Shown: positions 36,423-50,558, counted from the whole stretch's first letter. The stretch is 63,904 nucleotides of DNA, filler included, from Ministeria vibrans ATCC 50519 (GCA_943704425.1; 10 parts of 10 records of this genome joined end to end with filler, not necessarily neighbours in it), one strand, 5' to 3'. The notes: generated by a model from the sequence alone, not told the origin. Made by a program: numbers and translations.

Positions 36423-37404
36423 TCAAAAAACTGGTACCTTGCTGGCTGAGAGGACAGCGCGCACCTGCGTGGCGTGTGCAAGTTCAATGGTGCCCACTGG
36501 GTTGTTGTAGTCGTCGCCAATCTTCTTGTAGTGACGCAGGTAGAGCGGTGTCAGAATGAACCAGCGACGCGTCCACTTGTTGTTGCTCGATTCACTTTTG
36601 CGTAGCAGAAAGCCCGTACGAAGTGCCACATTGTTGTGCAGGGATTCCTCTTCATCGTTGTTGTCCTCCCCCATGACCACGACGACCTTTTTTGGGGGTC
36701 GTGGCACAGCAACTCCGCCTGCGTCGCTGTCTTCGTCGTTGACACCCACGGCAGTAGCGGCAGCAACAACGGTTGTGTTCTGGTCGGCGCCAGTTCCGTC
36801 TTCGTTTGTGTTGCTGTCGCTTTCGCCTGACGATTCGCTCGATACACCCGAAGCACGGTTGCGCGCCAAGCGACTGCGTTTGGAGGATGACACACGCGAG
36901 GATTGGCGAGACGGCGAGTGTCTCGGGTCGCCCAGACGGTCCTGAATTCGAGCGAGAGCAGCGCGCACCATCTCAAAATCGGCGGCCGTCGTCTACGGAG
37001 GCACAGAAGGCTCTTAGTCCACGAGTCAAACATCATCGCCAAGAGTACCTGTTGAAGATTTAATACGTCTCGTCGAAGAGCATCAATGTCGTGCCGGAGA
37101 CCTTCAATTGAGTTCTAAACGGAGGTGCAAAAAAAAAAAAAAACACCCAAAATGTGAAAAAAGAGGAAGGAGAAAATAACGATGGCTGTACCGGGTTTGG
37201 AGCGGAAGCACCTGGCACATGGGCCAACTGGGAGGGAACGTAGCCCCGGCGGCGTGGCGGAGGCGGTACAGGAGGCCCCTTTCCGAATATCTCCATCATG
37301 CTCTTGACGGTGCCGGGAGTCACTGACGAAGGCGCCGACGAACACCCCGACGTTGCCGTTGGCGTTGCCCGCTCACACGACACGTCTTCTCCGTCCTGGC
37401 TCAT
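35390..37404 (-). CDS. Protein with at least two PH domains (3' truncated)
   Basis: PH1: GFLLRK...KWTRRWFIL...GTIEL...AADTADDMQAWVSAI. PH2: GWLTKQGGSHRTWKRRWFVL...RTYNIVAET....WVEAI. Confidence 0.85.
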
Positions 37405-37538
37405 CCCGAAGCGAGCGTAAATTATAATTTCTTAGATATTGCTCGAAATCGGAAATGGTCTTCATTTTTCCCCTTCACTGAATACTAAACAGTCGACTTG
37501 TTTGTTTTCCTTTTCACCGATAGCACCACACTTGCACT

Positions 37539-39081
37539 ATGACTTCTTTGTACGCCCTGATGACTCTTGGACCCCAGCGGCTGTGTTTTTCTCACGTTTC
37601 ATGTTGTTTTTTCAGCCATCCTAACGTCTTCTGGGCGCAGCGCACCAACTCGCTTTACATCACCATCCGCGTGGCCGACATCAAGAACCAGACGATCGAG
37701 CTGAAGCCCGAGTCTCTTCACTTCGTGTACGCCACAAAAAAAAAAAAAAAAAAATCGCTTTCGATTTTTTTCTCTTTTTTTCTCGACACGGGTGAACAGC
37801 AATCCGCACGCGCAGCTGTCTCTTGAGTGACCATGTGATAGCATGCTGAAATCAATCGACTTTCGCACTGCTGCCGGCATTTCTAAGGCCTGCGTTCGGG
37901 CAGCGGGAGTCGCAGCAGTGTCGAGCCGTGTCGACTGCATTCATTCGCGACTCTTCGCTGATCTCTCGTCTTGTCGTTCTTTGACGTGGCCCTCTGCATC
38001 GCTGTATTTTGCACCCTCCCCTGTGCACCGCCCTCCTCCGAGCCCCGCCTGTGCACATGTCTCTTTGTGTGACTACAATCAGAGTCTTTTTCTTTTCGTT
38101 TCTTTTTTTTTTTTTTTTTTACTCTTAGTGTGTTGTTTTATCAAACTGACAAAATTGTTGTTTAGTGGCGATGGTGGTGATGGCAAGCACTACGAGTGCA
38201 CCCTGGAGTTCCACGATAAGATCAACCCTGATGTAAAGGAGAACAAAGACATCCTTTTTGTGTTGTGTTGTCTGACATGTAATATTGTACTGTTGGATAG
38301 GAGAGCAAGACACAGCTGAACGGCAACGAGCTTGTGCTGTACATCAAGAAGGAGGAGGACACTGAGTACTGGCCCCGTCTGTTGAACACCAAGGCCAAGA
38401 ACCACTTTGTCAAGGTCAGTAATAATTATTATTAATATTAATAATTTTTATTATGAATTTTAACGACTTGTCTTATTATTTTTATTAATTTTATTATTAT
38501 TATGATTAATATTAATTATTAAATTTTTGTGTTTTAGGTTGACTTTAACAAATGGGTTGATGAGGACGACGTTGGTGCGGAGGAGGACTTTGGAGCGGAA
38601 GGAATGCAGGGAATGGGAGGACAAGGTATGCCTGGAGGCATGGGTGGTATGCCCGGCGGCATGGGCGGAATGCCCGGCATGGGCGGCATGGGTGGCGGCA
38701 TGCCTGGTGGCATGGGTACGACATGGATTGGACGGGTCTGACTTCAACCTCCGCCTTCTTTTCCTCCCTTTCCCTTTTCTTTTGTTTTGTAGACATGCAA
38801 AGCTTGATGGCGCAGATGGGCGGCATGGGCGGCATGGGTGGCCCTGGTGGTCCGGGCGGTGCGGGCGGCATGGACATGGAGGCCATGATGGCACAGATGG
38901 GTGCGATGGGCGGTGCCGGTGGTGATGGTGACGAGAACGCTGCCGAAGCTGCTGGTGGTGCGGACAGCGACGACGATGGTATGAGACAGAGTGAACGATA
39001 GTCAAAACCCCCTAACACAACATAAACTCCAAACACTTCTCTGTAGAAATGCCTCCGTTGACCACAGTTGTCAACGAGTAA
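37539..39081 (+). CDS. PTGES3: HSP90 co-chaperone p23 (CS domain) with a Gly/Met-rich tail
   Basis: HPNVFWAQR, YWPRLL, KVDFNKWVDEDD, GGMPGGMGG repeats, and terminal EMPPL. Confidence 0.9.
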
Positions 39082-39260
39082 GAAACCTAAACCCAAAAAG
39101 GCAGCGAGCGCAGGTTGGTGTCGCAAAAGAACTTGTATTGAAGAAAAGAATGAAACCAAAACTTTTAACAAAAAAAAACTGTGTGAAACAAACAAGCATG
39201 AAAGAATACTTTATTATCACTTCATTAGTTCATTTTTTTCTTTCTTTGTTGATTGTTGGT

Positions 39261-40400
39261 ATGCGCGGATTGGTAGTCACCTCGAACGAAAAGTCGGTTG
39301 CCGTCGACTTGGACATGGCGTTGCCAGAGCCCGAGGCACACGAAGTGCTGCTCGAAGTCAAAGCCTGTGCAGTTTCACCCCCTTCCTCGCACATCCTTGC
39401 TCAAAGACTCAGCGCCACGCCGCTTACGCCGGGCTCAGAGGTACATCTTTGCCACTGGACAGCCCTACCGCTCACTTTCCCCCCGCTATTTCGCGCTAGG
39501 TGTCGGGAATTGTTGCGGCACTCGGTCGAGATGTCCCGACAAGCGCCATTGCAGTTGGCGACGAAGTGTGCGCCGTCTTACCGATGGATGCCGATCACGG
39601 TGGCTTTGCCGAGTATTGTTGTGTCGGTACGGACGTGTGTGCCGACCAGCGGATAGCGTGATCTCGTCAAAATCAAACAATGCTTTCTCTCTCTCTCTTA
39701 GACTATCTCAACTGCGTCCAAAAACCCGCTTGCTTGAGCTTTCCCGTGAGTGGCCAGCCAGCATGCTCTCGCTTCTAACACTCGCATACTATTTGTATAG
39801 ATTGCTGCTGCCTCCATTGCTGGCGCACTCACCTCCTACACTGCACTTCACTACCACGCACGAATCCAGGCTGGCGAGGTGCGCACACACATACACACAC
39901 ACACGCACATTCACACACACTGTGTTCATTGCATTGCAATCGGCGTCACTACACTCGTAGACCATTCTCATCATCGACGGAGCGGCCACAGCAAACTACT
40001 TGTGCACTCTGGTACACTCAAGCCAGACGATTTTTTTGTCTCACTATAATATAATTTTTTTCGTCTTCTTTTTTTCTCTCTTTTCCTTGCGCAGATGGCG
40101 TTGAGGTGGGGAGCCAATGTGCTTGTGACATGTCGCAACGACGAGCAAGGGGACTTTTTGCGCAAATTGGACCCGCGACCGACACGCATCATTGGACCGT
40201 ATCCGTGCAGTCTGGTCGAGGCGGTGCTTGAGGAGACGGGCGGAATGGGCGTCGATTGCATTGTCGATAGTGGTGACCTCACCATGAACTGGAACCCATC
40301 CGAGGCAACGGGTATATATATATAATATAATAAGTATTATATGTAGAGAGAGAGAGAGAGGAGAAAGAAACAAAGTGAGTGAGTGAGTGTGTGTATGTGT

Positions 40401-40460
<60 letters not shown>

Positions 40461-41091
40461 AGAAAGAAACAAAGTGATAGAGAGAGAGAGAAACAAAGTG
40501 ATAGAGAGAGAGAAACAAAGTGATAGAGTTAGAGAGAGAGAGAAGAGAAGAAAGAAACAAAAGTGATGCAAAACTCATAAATTCGTGTAGACCCGGACAG
40601 TTCCGACACCAGCAGCCCGGAATTCACAGGAGTGCCTCTCAAGCGCGATCTGGTCGCGCTCCTTGCTCCCGGTGGGCGATGGGTCACAGCGTCGTCGAGC
40701 CTACAAGTAAGACACTCTCCTGTGACAACGTGACAACCTGCATTGACCTCACTTGCCACTCGAAGCTGGATCCGCCCGAGAGCACTACTCTCTTCCTCAA
40801 GGGCGCCTCGCTCGGCTTCCTCTTCCCCAACGCCTGGCTGCTCTCCAGTGTCCGTCACGGCAAGTACCTTCACATTATCACCCACATGCTCAAACTGCTC
40901 TCGGAGGTCAGAAACCTTGAAATCACGTGACCCACACAGATAGACTTGACCTGAACGATTCAACGTGTGGTCTTTAGGAGTCCGCTCTCGTTCTGGAAGT
41001 TGCCGCTGTCGACATCAACGGAGTCCCGCTCGCACTGCAGGATGTACGTGAACACTCGAGAACCGGCGCAGTAGTGCTCTCCTTCGAGTAG
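39261..41091 (+). CDS. CRYZL1: Quinone oxidoreductase-like protein 1 (CRYZL1 type)
   Basis: VKACAVS, EETGGMGVDCIVDSG, GGRWVT, and LQ|LDPPESTTLFLKGASLGFL...W.LS.V..GKYLHI, matching the CRYZL1 C-terminal signature. Confidence 0.8.
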
Positions 41092-41247
41092 GTCATAGGT
41101 GCTAATGCAGAGTATACTTATAATACTACCGTAATAATTATTATTATTCCATTTTTATTATTATTAATAATTTAATTTATTATAATTTATTTCATATAAT
41201 GTTGCATACAATTAATATTTTTATTATAATACATACACTGAATTTGC

Positions 41248-41271
41248 TTATGGTACACGCTGGCCATCTTT

Positions 41272-41302
<31 letters not shown>

Positions 41303-43755
41303 TCGTCTCGACACCAGGGTGGTTGCACGGGCGCACGACGAGCCGCGGTACGTTGCATGAGCTCAACCCACCGCTGCGCCATCATGAGGGTGGGCGTGTC
41401 TGGCGTGGTAGCAAGCACCTCGAGCATTCGCTCTTGCACCTGTAGCGGTACTGTAAACTGCCGCTCGGCGCGTGTACGCACCGCTTGCATTAGGTCCTGG
41501 TACGCCTCGATTGCGAGTTCCGAGCGTTCGCGTCGTTCACACAGGTCTAGCAGCGCCTTGACTGTCTCCGAGCCCGGTTGCACATGCAGCGACGCTGCCT
41601 GGTCCAATACAAACGCCGTGCTCTCCAGGTCGTTCTCGTGTATTGTCGTACTCACAAGCAAGTCAAACTGTTCGTGGTACCAGCGACTCGTGGGCTTGCC
41701 CAGGACCCCAAGTGTGCGCCATAGCAGCAGAGCACGAACACGCTCCGCATCCTGCAGCCACGCCTCACGACCACCACCACACTCATCGTCTTCTTCCCAG
41801 CGCGACGTGCGTGGCTTGTCCCTTCCGAAGCAGTACTGCTCAATGTCGCCTGCGGCAGCAGCCAAGGCCGCCTTCTTGGCACTCGCGGGTGTGGGTCTCG
41901 CTTCGCTCAACGTTGAGTCAAACGCGCACAGTGGGTCGTCAAGTGGATCGTCAATGGAAAGATCGGCCATAGAGAGTGGCGTGTTGAGAAGCAACTCGTC
42001 CACACGCGTAAAGTACGCACATTGGCCCTCGTCGTCGTCATTGTCGTTTGCCATGGACCGAGCTCTGAGCTCGTCCGTGACGACCCGAGGCCCACGCACT
42101 CGCAAAGAGAGGCTCTTGTACGCGGAAAGAAGACTGGCAAACTCCTTGAAGCCAATGAGGAGATGCGAATCGCGCTTGATGATGTGTAAGGTGTGCAACA
42201 GGGGGCGAGGGTCGCGCATGAGCGCCTGGGGAGTGCTGCAGACCGCGAGTGTCTTGCGACAGATGAGACGGAAGAGGTGCCTCGTTCGTGTCTGCGATGT
42301 AAGCAGGTCAAGGGTAGAGGCGTGTCGTAAAATGTGCACGGCGTGGTATGGAGTGCATAAAGGCAACAGGCTCACGAGTAGCAGAATGGTGATGGGCTCG
42401 TCGTAGAGCGACGCCAAGCGAAGCACGGCGCGCACCGAGCCTGCTCGTCGCTCGCCTCCAATGTTGGCCAGGTGAGCCAGTGTGTAGCCGCTGGGGCGGT
42501 GGCCCGACGAACACAACTGGGCCACGCAGTCCCAGGCGCGCTTCTCGTCACCCGCTTTAGCATAGCCACCCAACAGCGTGTTGTACGTCGCCGTGTCGAC
42601 ATTGGCGCGCGACAAATGTACACGCTCGTGGACATAGTCGACGGCCTGTTGCATCTCGCCGGCATTCACATAGCATGATACCATCGCATTGTGTGTCTGC
42701 ACGTCCAGCGTGAGACCTCGTTGACGGATCATGTCGCACACGCTCTGCGAATGGGTGATGTCACCTTGGCTTGCAAAGTGGGTGAGAAACCGTTGGAACG
42801 CGTCCATGGGCACACCGAGGTTGCGCTCAATGATGAGTGACAGCAGCGAAAACCCTTTGGTGACATGACCGTTCCGTAGCAGTTCGGAAATGGCGTTGCG
42901 AAAGTCGAGATAGGTGAAAGTGAGGGAGTAGGGAGGGCGCACGCCGTGTTCCCACAGCTGCACCATGGCATCGAGCTGGCCGAGTTCGGCGAGCGCCTCA
43001 AATGCATTGGCAAAGATAATGTTGTCGTGATAAGGCAGTGCGGCAAAGGCACGGAGAACCAACCGCGGCCGTCCGTTGGTGAGCAGTGCCTTGAGCACCA
43101 CCTGTGCCACGTGAACCGAGGGCGGGGGCAACATGAGCGGGGCATTCTCGCCGAGGAGATCGGTGACTGCGGTCGCTTCAGTCGTCACAATGTGTTTGGG
43201 CATGGATTGCAGGAGCGCCTCGCCCATGATGCGATGGTCGTGGATGTCGGCGGCGGAGAAGGCAAAGCGTTCGCGCACTGGCTTCAAGTAGGTCAGACGC
43301 CGCTGAACCATGTTGAGGTAGAGGCCGAGAATCATGCGACTGGACCGCTCGCAGTGCCGCGAGAGCAGCAGTAGCGCTGCGTAGCACGTCTTCTCAGTGG
43401 GATACACTCCCTCGCCCATCAGATTGCCCAGGACGCGAAGAACACGGTTGGAATTGGGCGCCGCTCGACGCATCTCCTCAATCGCGTCCACCTGCCGCGG
43501 TGCTTGCTCTAAAAACTGCTGCGAATACACTGCTTGTCGCCTGCCAAGCTCGTCGTGTTGCTGCACGGCGCGGTAGCGAGATGAGGGGGGAGGGAGGAGG
43601 AGGAGGGGTGGAACGGATCAGTCGTGACTTGGAATATTATATTTTGTCATTCGTACCTGAAACCGCTTCGGTTTGAATGGCGTCGAGCCATTGCTGCAGC
43701 CTCTAGATAGTAGTGGACGAGACCATCTGAACCGCGCAATGGCGCGCAGGATCAT
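41248..43755 (-). CDS. Pentatricopeptide repeat (PPR) protein, probably mitochondrial
   Basis: PPR motifs DVQTHNAMVSCYVNAGEMQQA and DTATYNTLLGGYAKAGDEKRAW. Arg-rich first exon MILRAIARFR. Confidence 0.8.
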
Positions 43756-43913
43756 GGGTTATCTTTGATGAATAATGCAAGTGACTCTCTGATTGAGTCT
43801 GACAGGATTTAATTTATTACTTATTAGAGATAATCATTATTTGAGTTCAGTGTTGCTTCACCCCAGTCAATAGTGACTCAATACCTTTGCCGTTTCTTTG
43901 TTTTATTTGCTAA

Positions 43914-46900
43914 ATGGGCAAGAAGCGACGCGGAGAAGAGCAATCGGAGTCGGGAACGACTGCGCACGCCGAGCTGGCTGCAAAGGCGGAAGAGCCCACG
44001 CGACACACAAATGGCGACGACTCGGGCGCCTCAAAGAAGCTTCGCCTGACGTAAGTGCCCCTCTACTGTGGCTTGATGCACTCCATGTGGCGCAACACTC
44101 CCTGCAAGAGAGCCCACACGCACAGCACGATTGATAGTCTCTCGTGTTGGCTTTTTAGTCTTGACTCTGGCGCTGCGTTCCCTCGTGGTTCTGCACCAGC
44201 CGCAACGGCCACCAAGCGTACGTTGCCGAGCCTGCCCAAGCCCGATCAGCTCTTTGAGGTAACAGACACCACAACCCATTGTTTGCTCAAAATTCTTTCT
44301 CTCCAGGAACACAATCGCAACGCTGAAAGCCTCTCGGCAAAGTCCACCACGATTCCGTTGCCACCCAGTGCCAAGTCAAAGGGCAAGCCGGCCCCGGCAA
44401 AGGCCGCAGACCCGACGACCACGACGAAGCCAGTGGATTTGCTCACGTTTCGTCGCCTCGCCGTCGACATGCTCTTGCTCGGAGTCGTGCGCGAAATCAA
44501 CGACTTTGACGTCGAGCTGAGTCTGCCCGATGGCTTGTCAGGCACCTTGCCCATCACTGCCATCAATGCAAGCTACACCGAAGCCCTTGAGGCGGCCAAC
44601 AGCAGCAACGACGACGACGACAGTGACAGTGACAGCGACGCTGACGCTGACGATCGCGAGGCCAAGCCAAAGGTACCACCAGTATATGAATGCCTTTCTG
44701 GTTGCCATTTTTATTTTAATGCCATGTCTCCTCATTATATTCTCATTGGATAATATTCATAGTGCTAATAAATTATTCTTCTTCTTCTTCTTCTTCTTCT
44801 TCTTTTTCAGGTCCCCACATTGGCACAGCTCTTCCCTGTCGGCTCCCTTGTGTGCTCCGCCGTCCGTCTGCTGGACACGACACGCGGTCGCAACCGTGTT
44901 GAACTGAGCGTGGATCCAGCACGGATCAACGCAGGACTGGCGCGCGGCCACCTGCAGCCGGGCCACTCGCTCCATGGCTTTGTGCGTACCGTCGAGGACC
45001 ACGGCCGTGTCGTTTCCTTTGGCGTTGATCAGAGCTTTCATGGGTTCCTTCTGAACAAGGACTGTGTCGAGACAGATGCGTCGCTCTCGGTTGGCTCCCC
45101 CATTGTCTGTCGTGTTCTTTCGGCGGCCGTCAAGGGCGGTGCCATTGCCGTTGCCTTCGATGGCGCGACCACAGCAGTTCCGGCCGCCCCGCCCTCCTCC
45201 ACCAAGAACCTCGAATATGCCTTCCCCGCGCTCGTTCCGGGCGTGCCTGTCACGGCCACGGTGCGACAGTGTGCGCGCGACGGTCTCTCCGTCTCCGTTA
45301 CCGGCTCCTACGTCGCGTCCGTCGACCGTTTCCACTTGCAGGAGACACTCGCTCCCGAACGCAAGGCTCTCACCGACCTCTATCCGGCCAAGCGCAAGTT
45401 TCAGGCCCGCGTGCTCTACCTCAATCGCGCCGACCAGACCCTCGCCGTCACACTACGCCCCGCCATTGTGTGCCCACCCGTCGATAGCACTTGTCTGCCG
45501 CCCGCCCGTGCCTCTTTCGGCACGCGCGTCTCGGAAGCGACTGTCGTGCGTCTCGATCAGGGAGCGGGACTCCAGCTGGAGTTTGAGAGCACCGACAACG
45601 ACAGTACCAAGGCGGTCGCCTTTGCGCACATTTCGCGTCTGACCGACTCGCAGTTGACCAAGATTGGCAAGGAGTACCGTGTGGGCACGAAACATGCGTG
45701 TCGCGTTGTCGGCTCCTACCTCCTCGAGAGCATGGTGTCCGTCTCGCTGCAGCCCTCGGTCATCGAGCAAAAGTTTCTGTCGTACGCCGACCTTGTCGTC
45801 GGCGGCGTCGTTGACTGCGAAGTGGCTTCAGTCGAGTCGTACGGCGTTCTCGTGCGCATCACTGAGCAGCTGCGTGGTCTCGTGCCCACTTCGCATCTCA
45901 ATGACATTGCTCTCTCGGATCCTCTTAAGTCCTTTTTGCCCGGCAAGCGTGTCAAGGCTCGCATTCTCAGCGTCGATCTGGAGCGCAGCCGTGTTATGCT
46001 CACCCTCAAGAAGACACTTGTCAAGAGCAAACTGCCCGTGATTGCGTCGTACACGGACGCGACGGCCGACACCGTCACCCACGGCGTCGTCACCTCGGTC
46101 AAGCCCTATGGCATTCTTGTGGGTCTCTACCAAAAGGTTTTTGGTCTTGTGCAGGTCAAGGAGGTGCCCGGCTCAACCGACAATCTTGTTCGTGACTATC
46201 CCATTGGTCAGGTGGTCAAGGTGCGTGTCATGTCGTCCCATGCGCGCCCTGGCAAGCTTCTCTTGAGTCTCAAGACCACCGACATGACCTCAAAAGCTTC
46301 CGCGTCCTCGTCTACCACCACGACGTCAACCCCCTCGTCATCGTCGTCGTCTGCGGACATTCGCGAGGCTTCCGCCACGCTTGCCGTGGGCCAGCTGCTG
46401 GTGAGCGCAGTGACGGTGGTGGAGCCTTCATCGCACGCCGAGATTGCCATCAAAGTCAGTATTGCTGTCGACCACTCTGGCTCGTCAGTCCACGTACCGG
46501 CCACGCTTTTGCCGGCTCACCTGTCAGACCATGTGTCTCACTGGACATCATTGCGCACCATGCTCGGCACACCCGGCACGCGAGTGCCCATGCCGGTCAT
46601 GGTCATGTCCAAAGGCACGACGGGCCAGCGCATCGAGCTGACGTGCAAGCCGTCGTTGATTGCAGGTGCAAAAACTACCATGCCCTCGTCTGTGGACGCA
46701 CTCACGGTGGGCCAGGTGTTGCCGGGCCACGTGCACTCGGTCACCGACTACGGCTGCTTTGTTGGCTTTCTCCATGGTCTCACGGGCCTTGTGCCTGTCG
46801 CCGAAATCAGCGATCGTTTCGTGGCCAACGCCAAGGCGACCGTCAAGGTCGGTCAGTCCGTGCTTGCCTGTGTGACAAGTTGCGATGCGGACGCCGGTCG

Positions 46901-49424
46901 CTTCCAACTCTCCATGAAGGCCAGTCGTTGTGCAGCGAGCTTTGATCGTCTTGCGTTTGTGTCGTCGTACTTTGCCGAAGAGCAACTCCTCGACATTGCC
47001 AGTGTGTCGTCCAGTGCAGATCCGATCCGCATTGGACAGCAGTGCACGGCCTCTGTCACCGACGTTACCAATGTGGCGACGGTGCTTGCTCTTGACGCGC
47101 CCCACCAGAGATTCCAGGCGATCGCCAGCGGTGCCCAGTGCAATCCATTGCCGCGCGCCAGTGTCGGCGACAAGGCCGTTGCCTGCCGTGTACTCGATGT
47201 CAGTGTTGCCACTGGAATTGTTGATGTGACGCTGCGCAGCGATCTTTTTGTCGCCGTCCCAACGACAACGCCCAGCAAGAAGCAGAAGAAGCAAAAGAAG
47301 GGGACTAGCACGAACGACGATTGCTACGCAAGTGTGCGCGAAGCAGCGTCTCGGAGCGCCCGCTCGCAAATTACTGGCATCATTCAACTTGTCAAGGAAG
47401 ACTTGCTTGTCGTCTCGTGTGGCGGAGCGCAACACAACCAGTGCATTGGCTTTGCCGCTGCCAAGGACGTCAACGATGTGTCGTCGCCCTTCAAACGCTT
47501 CCAGCCGGGCCACCAGCTCTCCTTTACAGTGCTGTCCGTGCCCGATGCATCCACTGCATCGCCCACCGACCGACTCTTGATCGCAACCGTGCCGAGTACA
47601 GGTGACTCGAATGCAGTCGCTAAGGAGACCGCTAACAGCAAGGCGACCGGCTTGCCCTCTGTCGGCACTGCTGTGCATGGCAAGGTGACGTCGATTCGAG
47701 GGCTCATTATGAATGTCAATCTGTCCAATGGACAGCGGGGACGTGTCTACGCGAGCGAACTGCCCGAAGAGGGCAAGTCGAAGAAAAAGGAGTCGACGGC
47801 GAGTGTAGCGACCGGATCGCTCTCTGGACCATTTGCTGGCTATCACAAGGGCAGCGAGATTGACGCGAAAGTGGTGGGCTACTTTGATGCGCGTAATGGC
47901 TCGTACTTGGCCGTGACGCGCAACAAGGACCAGTTGGGCACCAAGACGCACCTTGAGCTGACGATGCGCCAGGCCGACCTGAAGTTGCCCAGTGGCAAAC
48001 TGGCGAGTGATCGACCATCCACCGAGACGCTGCGAGTGGGAGACACACTGCCGGGCGTGGTTCAGGAGGTTTATGCGTCGCAGAGCTACATGTTCGTTGC
48101 TCTGTCGGGCACCATGCGCGGACGTGTGAGCGCCTTGAGCGCCAGCGATGACCCGGACGTGGTGAAGGCACTGGACGAGCACTTTCAAGTGGGTCAGCGT
48201 GTGCTGACGACCGTCCTGAGGGTGGACGCGGCGCGTGGCATGGTCGACCTGTCGTTGGTGCAAGGGGCGATTGACATGACTCAGGTGGGCACTCTCACAC
48301 TTGCCAAGGTCATCAAACTGCAGCCAAATCGCATGTCGGCGACGGTGCAGCTGCCGGCGGGTCGTGTGGGACGTCTCGATGCGATGGACCTAGCCGACAC
48401 GTTGCCCAAGAAGCCATTGGCACACGTCAAGGTTGGCCAAGTCATGCGTGTCTGCGTGGTGAGCGCAACCGAACAAGAGAAGCAGTGCGACAACGACGAT
48501 GACGACGAGGCGGAGGAAGGAGGGATTGCCAAGTCTCACTGGGACATTTCTGTGTCGGCGCGGCCCAGTCGAGTGGCGCCCACAACGGAGGAGACGGTAA
48601 CAGACCGCGAGGTTGTGGACCTGTGCGCGGACGTACACGAGAACGACGTGTTGCGAGGCTATGTACAGAGCATCTCGGATGCGGGTTGCTTTGTGCGACT
48701 GGGTCGTGGTGGTCGCGTGTCGGGGCGCGTGCAGATCCGCAACCTCACCGATGGCTTTGTGCGCGAGTGGAAATCGGTGTACCGTGTCGGGGAGCTTGTA
48801 CGAGCGCGCGTGCTCAGTGTCGACCGAGCGCACGAACGTGTTGAGTTGTCGCTGAAGGACTCGGTGGTGAACCCTGAGAAGACGGCGTCGTTGGTGACGT
48901 TTTCGTCGCTCGAGGTGGGCAGCAAGCATGCGGGACGCGTCAAGAGTGTTCACGACTACGGCGTGTTTGTGTCGCTGGAGGGTGCCCAAAATGTGTCGGG
49001 ACTGTGCCACACGAGCGAGTTTAACGATGGCGAGTCGGCCATGACGCCAAAGAAGACGAAGAAGAAGTCGACAATTGTGCCGTCGGAGCTGTTCTCTGTG
49101 GGTGACCGCGTGCTTGTCAAGGTTCTGAGCAAGGACACAGTGAAGAAGCAGGTGGGGCTGGGCATGAAGCCATCGTACTTTGACGAGGAGGATGTGGTGC
49201 GGCTTGCTGGTGGCGATGAAGAAGACGACGATGATGACGAGGAAGAAGAAAGTGATAGTGATGAGGATTTTGATGAGGAGGAGGACGATGATGATGAGGA
49301 GGACGATGAGGAGGAGGAGAGTGACGAGGAGAGCGACGAGGAGGAGGAGGTTGACGATGACGATTTTAATGCGGTGCTGATGGACACGGGTCACGACGAC
49401 GACGATAGTGGAGAGAGTGGTGAT

Positions 49425-49456
<32 letters not shown>

Positions 49457-50558
49457 CGACGACGTTGATGGGGAGGATGTGACCATGGAGCCGTTGGAGA
49501 CACAGGCGGGCTTTGGGGAAGTTGCGGCGTCGGAGCTGACGACGGTCGTAGCGAGCCGAAAGAGACGGCGGCCGGGCTTTGAGGACGTGTATGGGGACGA
49601 CGCGGGCGAGGCGGAGGCAGCGGAGGAGGCGGAGGCAGAGGAGACGCGACGCAAGAGCAAGCGGGCCAAGAAGGCGGCTAAGCAGGCGGCGGAGCGTGAG
49701 GTGGCGGCACGCGAGGAGGCATTGCTGGCGGAAGGAGCACGTCCGGCTTCGTCCGTTGACGAGTTTGATCGTCTGGTGCTGTCGAAGCCGCAGAGTTCGC
49801 GAGCGTGGATTGAGTACATGGCTTTTTGCATGTCGGTGGCAGATGTGGAGCGCGCTCGGTCGGTTGCGGAGAAGGCACTCAAGACCATCTCGTTTCGCGA
49901 AGAGGAGGAGCGCCTCAACGTGTGGGTGGCGCTGATGCAGCTTGAGAATGTGTATGGGACGGAGCAGTCGCTGACAGAGGTGTTTGACCGAGCGAAGAAA
50001 CTGTGCGATACCGAGGCGGTTCATTTGCGGCTGGCTCGCATTTTGGAGGCGACGGCGGGCAAGGAAGCGCGCACCGAGGCGCTCTATGCGACCATTTGCA
50101 AGAAGTTCCGCGAGTCACTCGATGCCTGGCTGCAGTTTGCGGCGTATCGTCTGGTGGTGCGCCATGACGAGACGGGGGTGCAGGATGTGTTGACGCGCGC
50201 GCTGCGAGCCCTGCCGCGAGCCAAGCACATTGAGACCATCTCGCGCCTGGCTCAGATGGAGTTTAAGCAAGGCGAGCCGGCGCGCGGCCGCACCATGTTT
50301 GAGTCGGTACTTGCGAGCTACCCGAAGCGCGTGGATTTGTGGAGTGTGTACCTGGACATGGAGGTGAAGGCGGGCGATGCGACCGCGACACGCGCGCTGT
50401 TCGAACGGGCGACGCAACTGACGTTGAGCGCCAAGAAGATGAAATTTCTGTTTAAGAAGTACCTCGACTACGAGCAGGCGCACGGTACGGCGGCCACTGT
50501 TGAGCATGTCACGCAGTGTGCGCGTGAGTACGTTCAGAGTCGTCTTACGGATGATTGA
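43914..50558 (+). CDS. RRP5: rRNA biogenesis protein RRP5 (S1 repeats + C-terminal HAT repeats)
   Basis: FPRG motif, many S1 domains (VEDHG..V, YGCFV.F), an acidic tract, WIEYMAF, TISFREEEERLNVW, YPKRVDLWSVYLD, KKMKFLFKKYL. Confidence 0.96.

Noticed and set aside
46548-50024. Long antisense ORFs (571 and 544 aa) within RRP5, and similar ones within MDC1 and the PPR gene
   Set aside because: These are shadow frames expected from GC-rich coding sequence, with no recognisable motifs.
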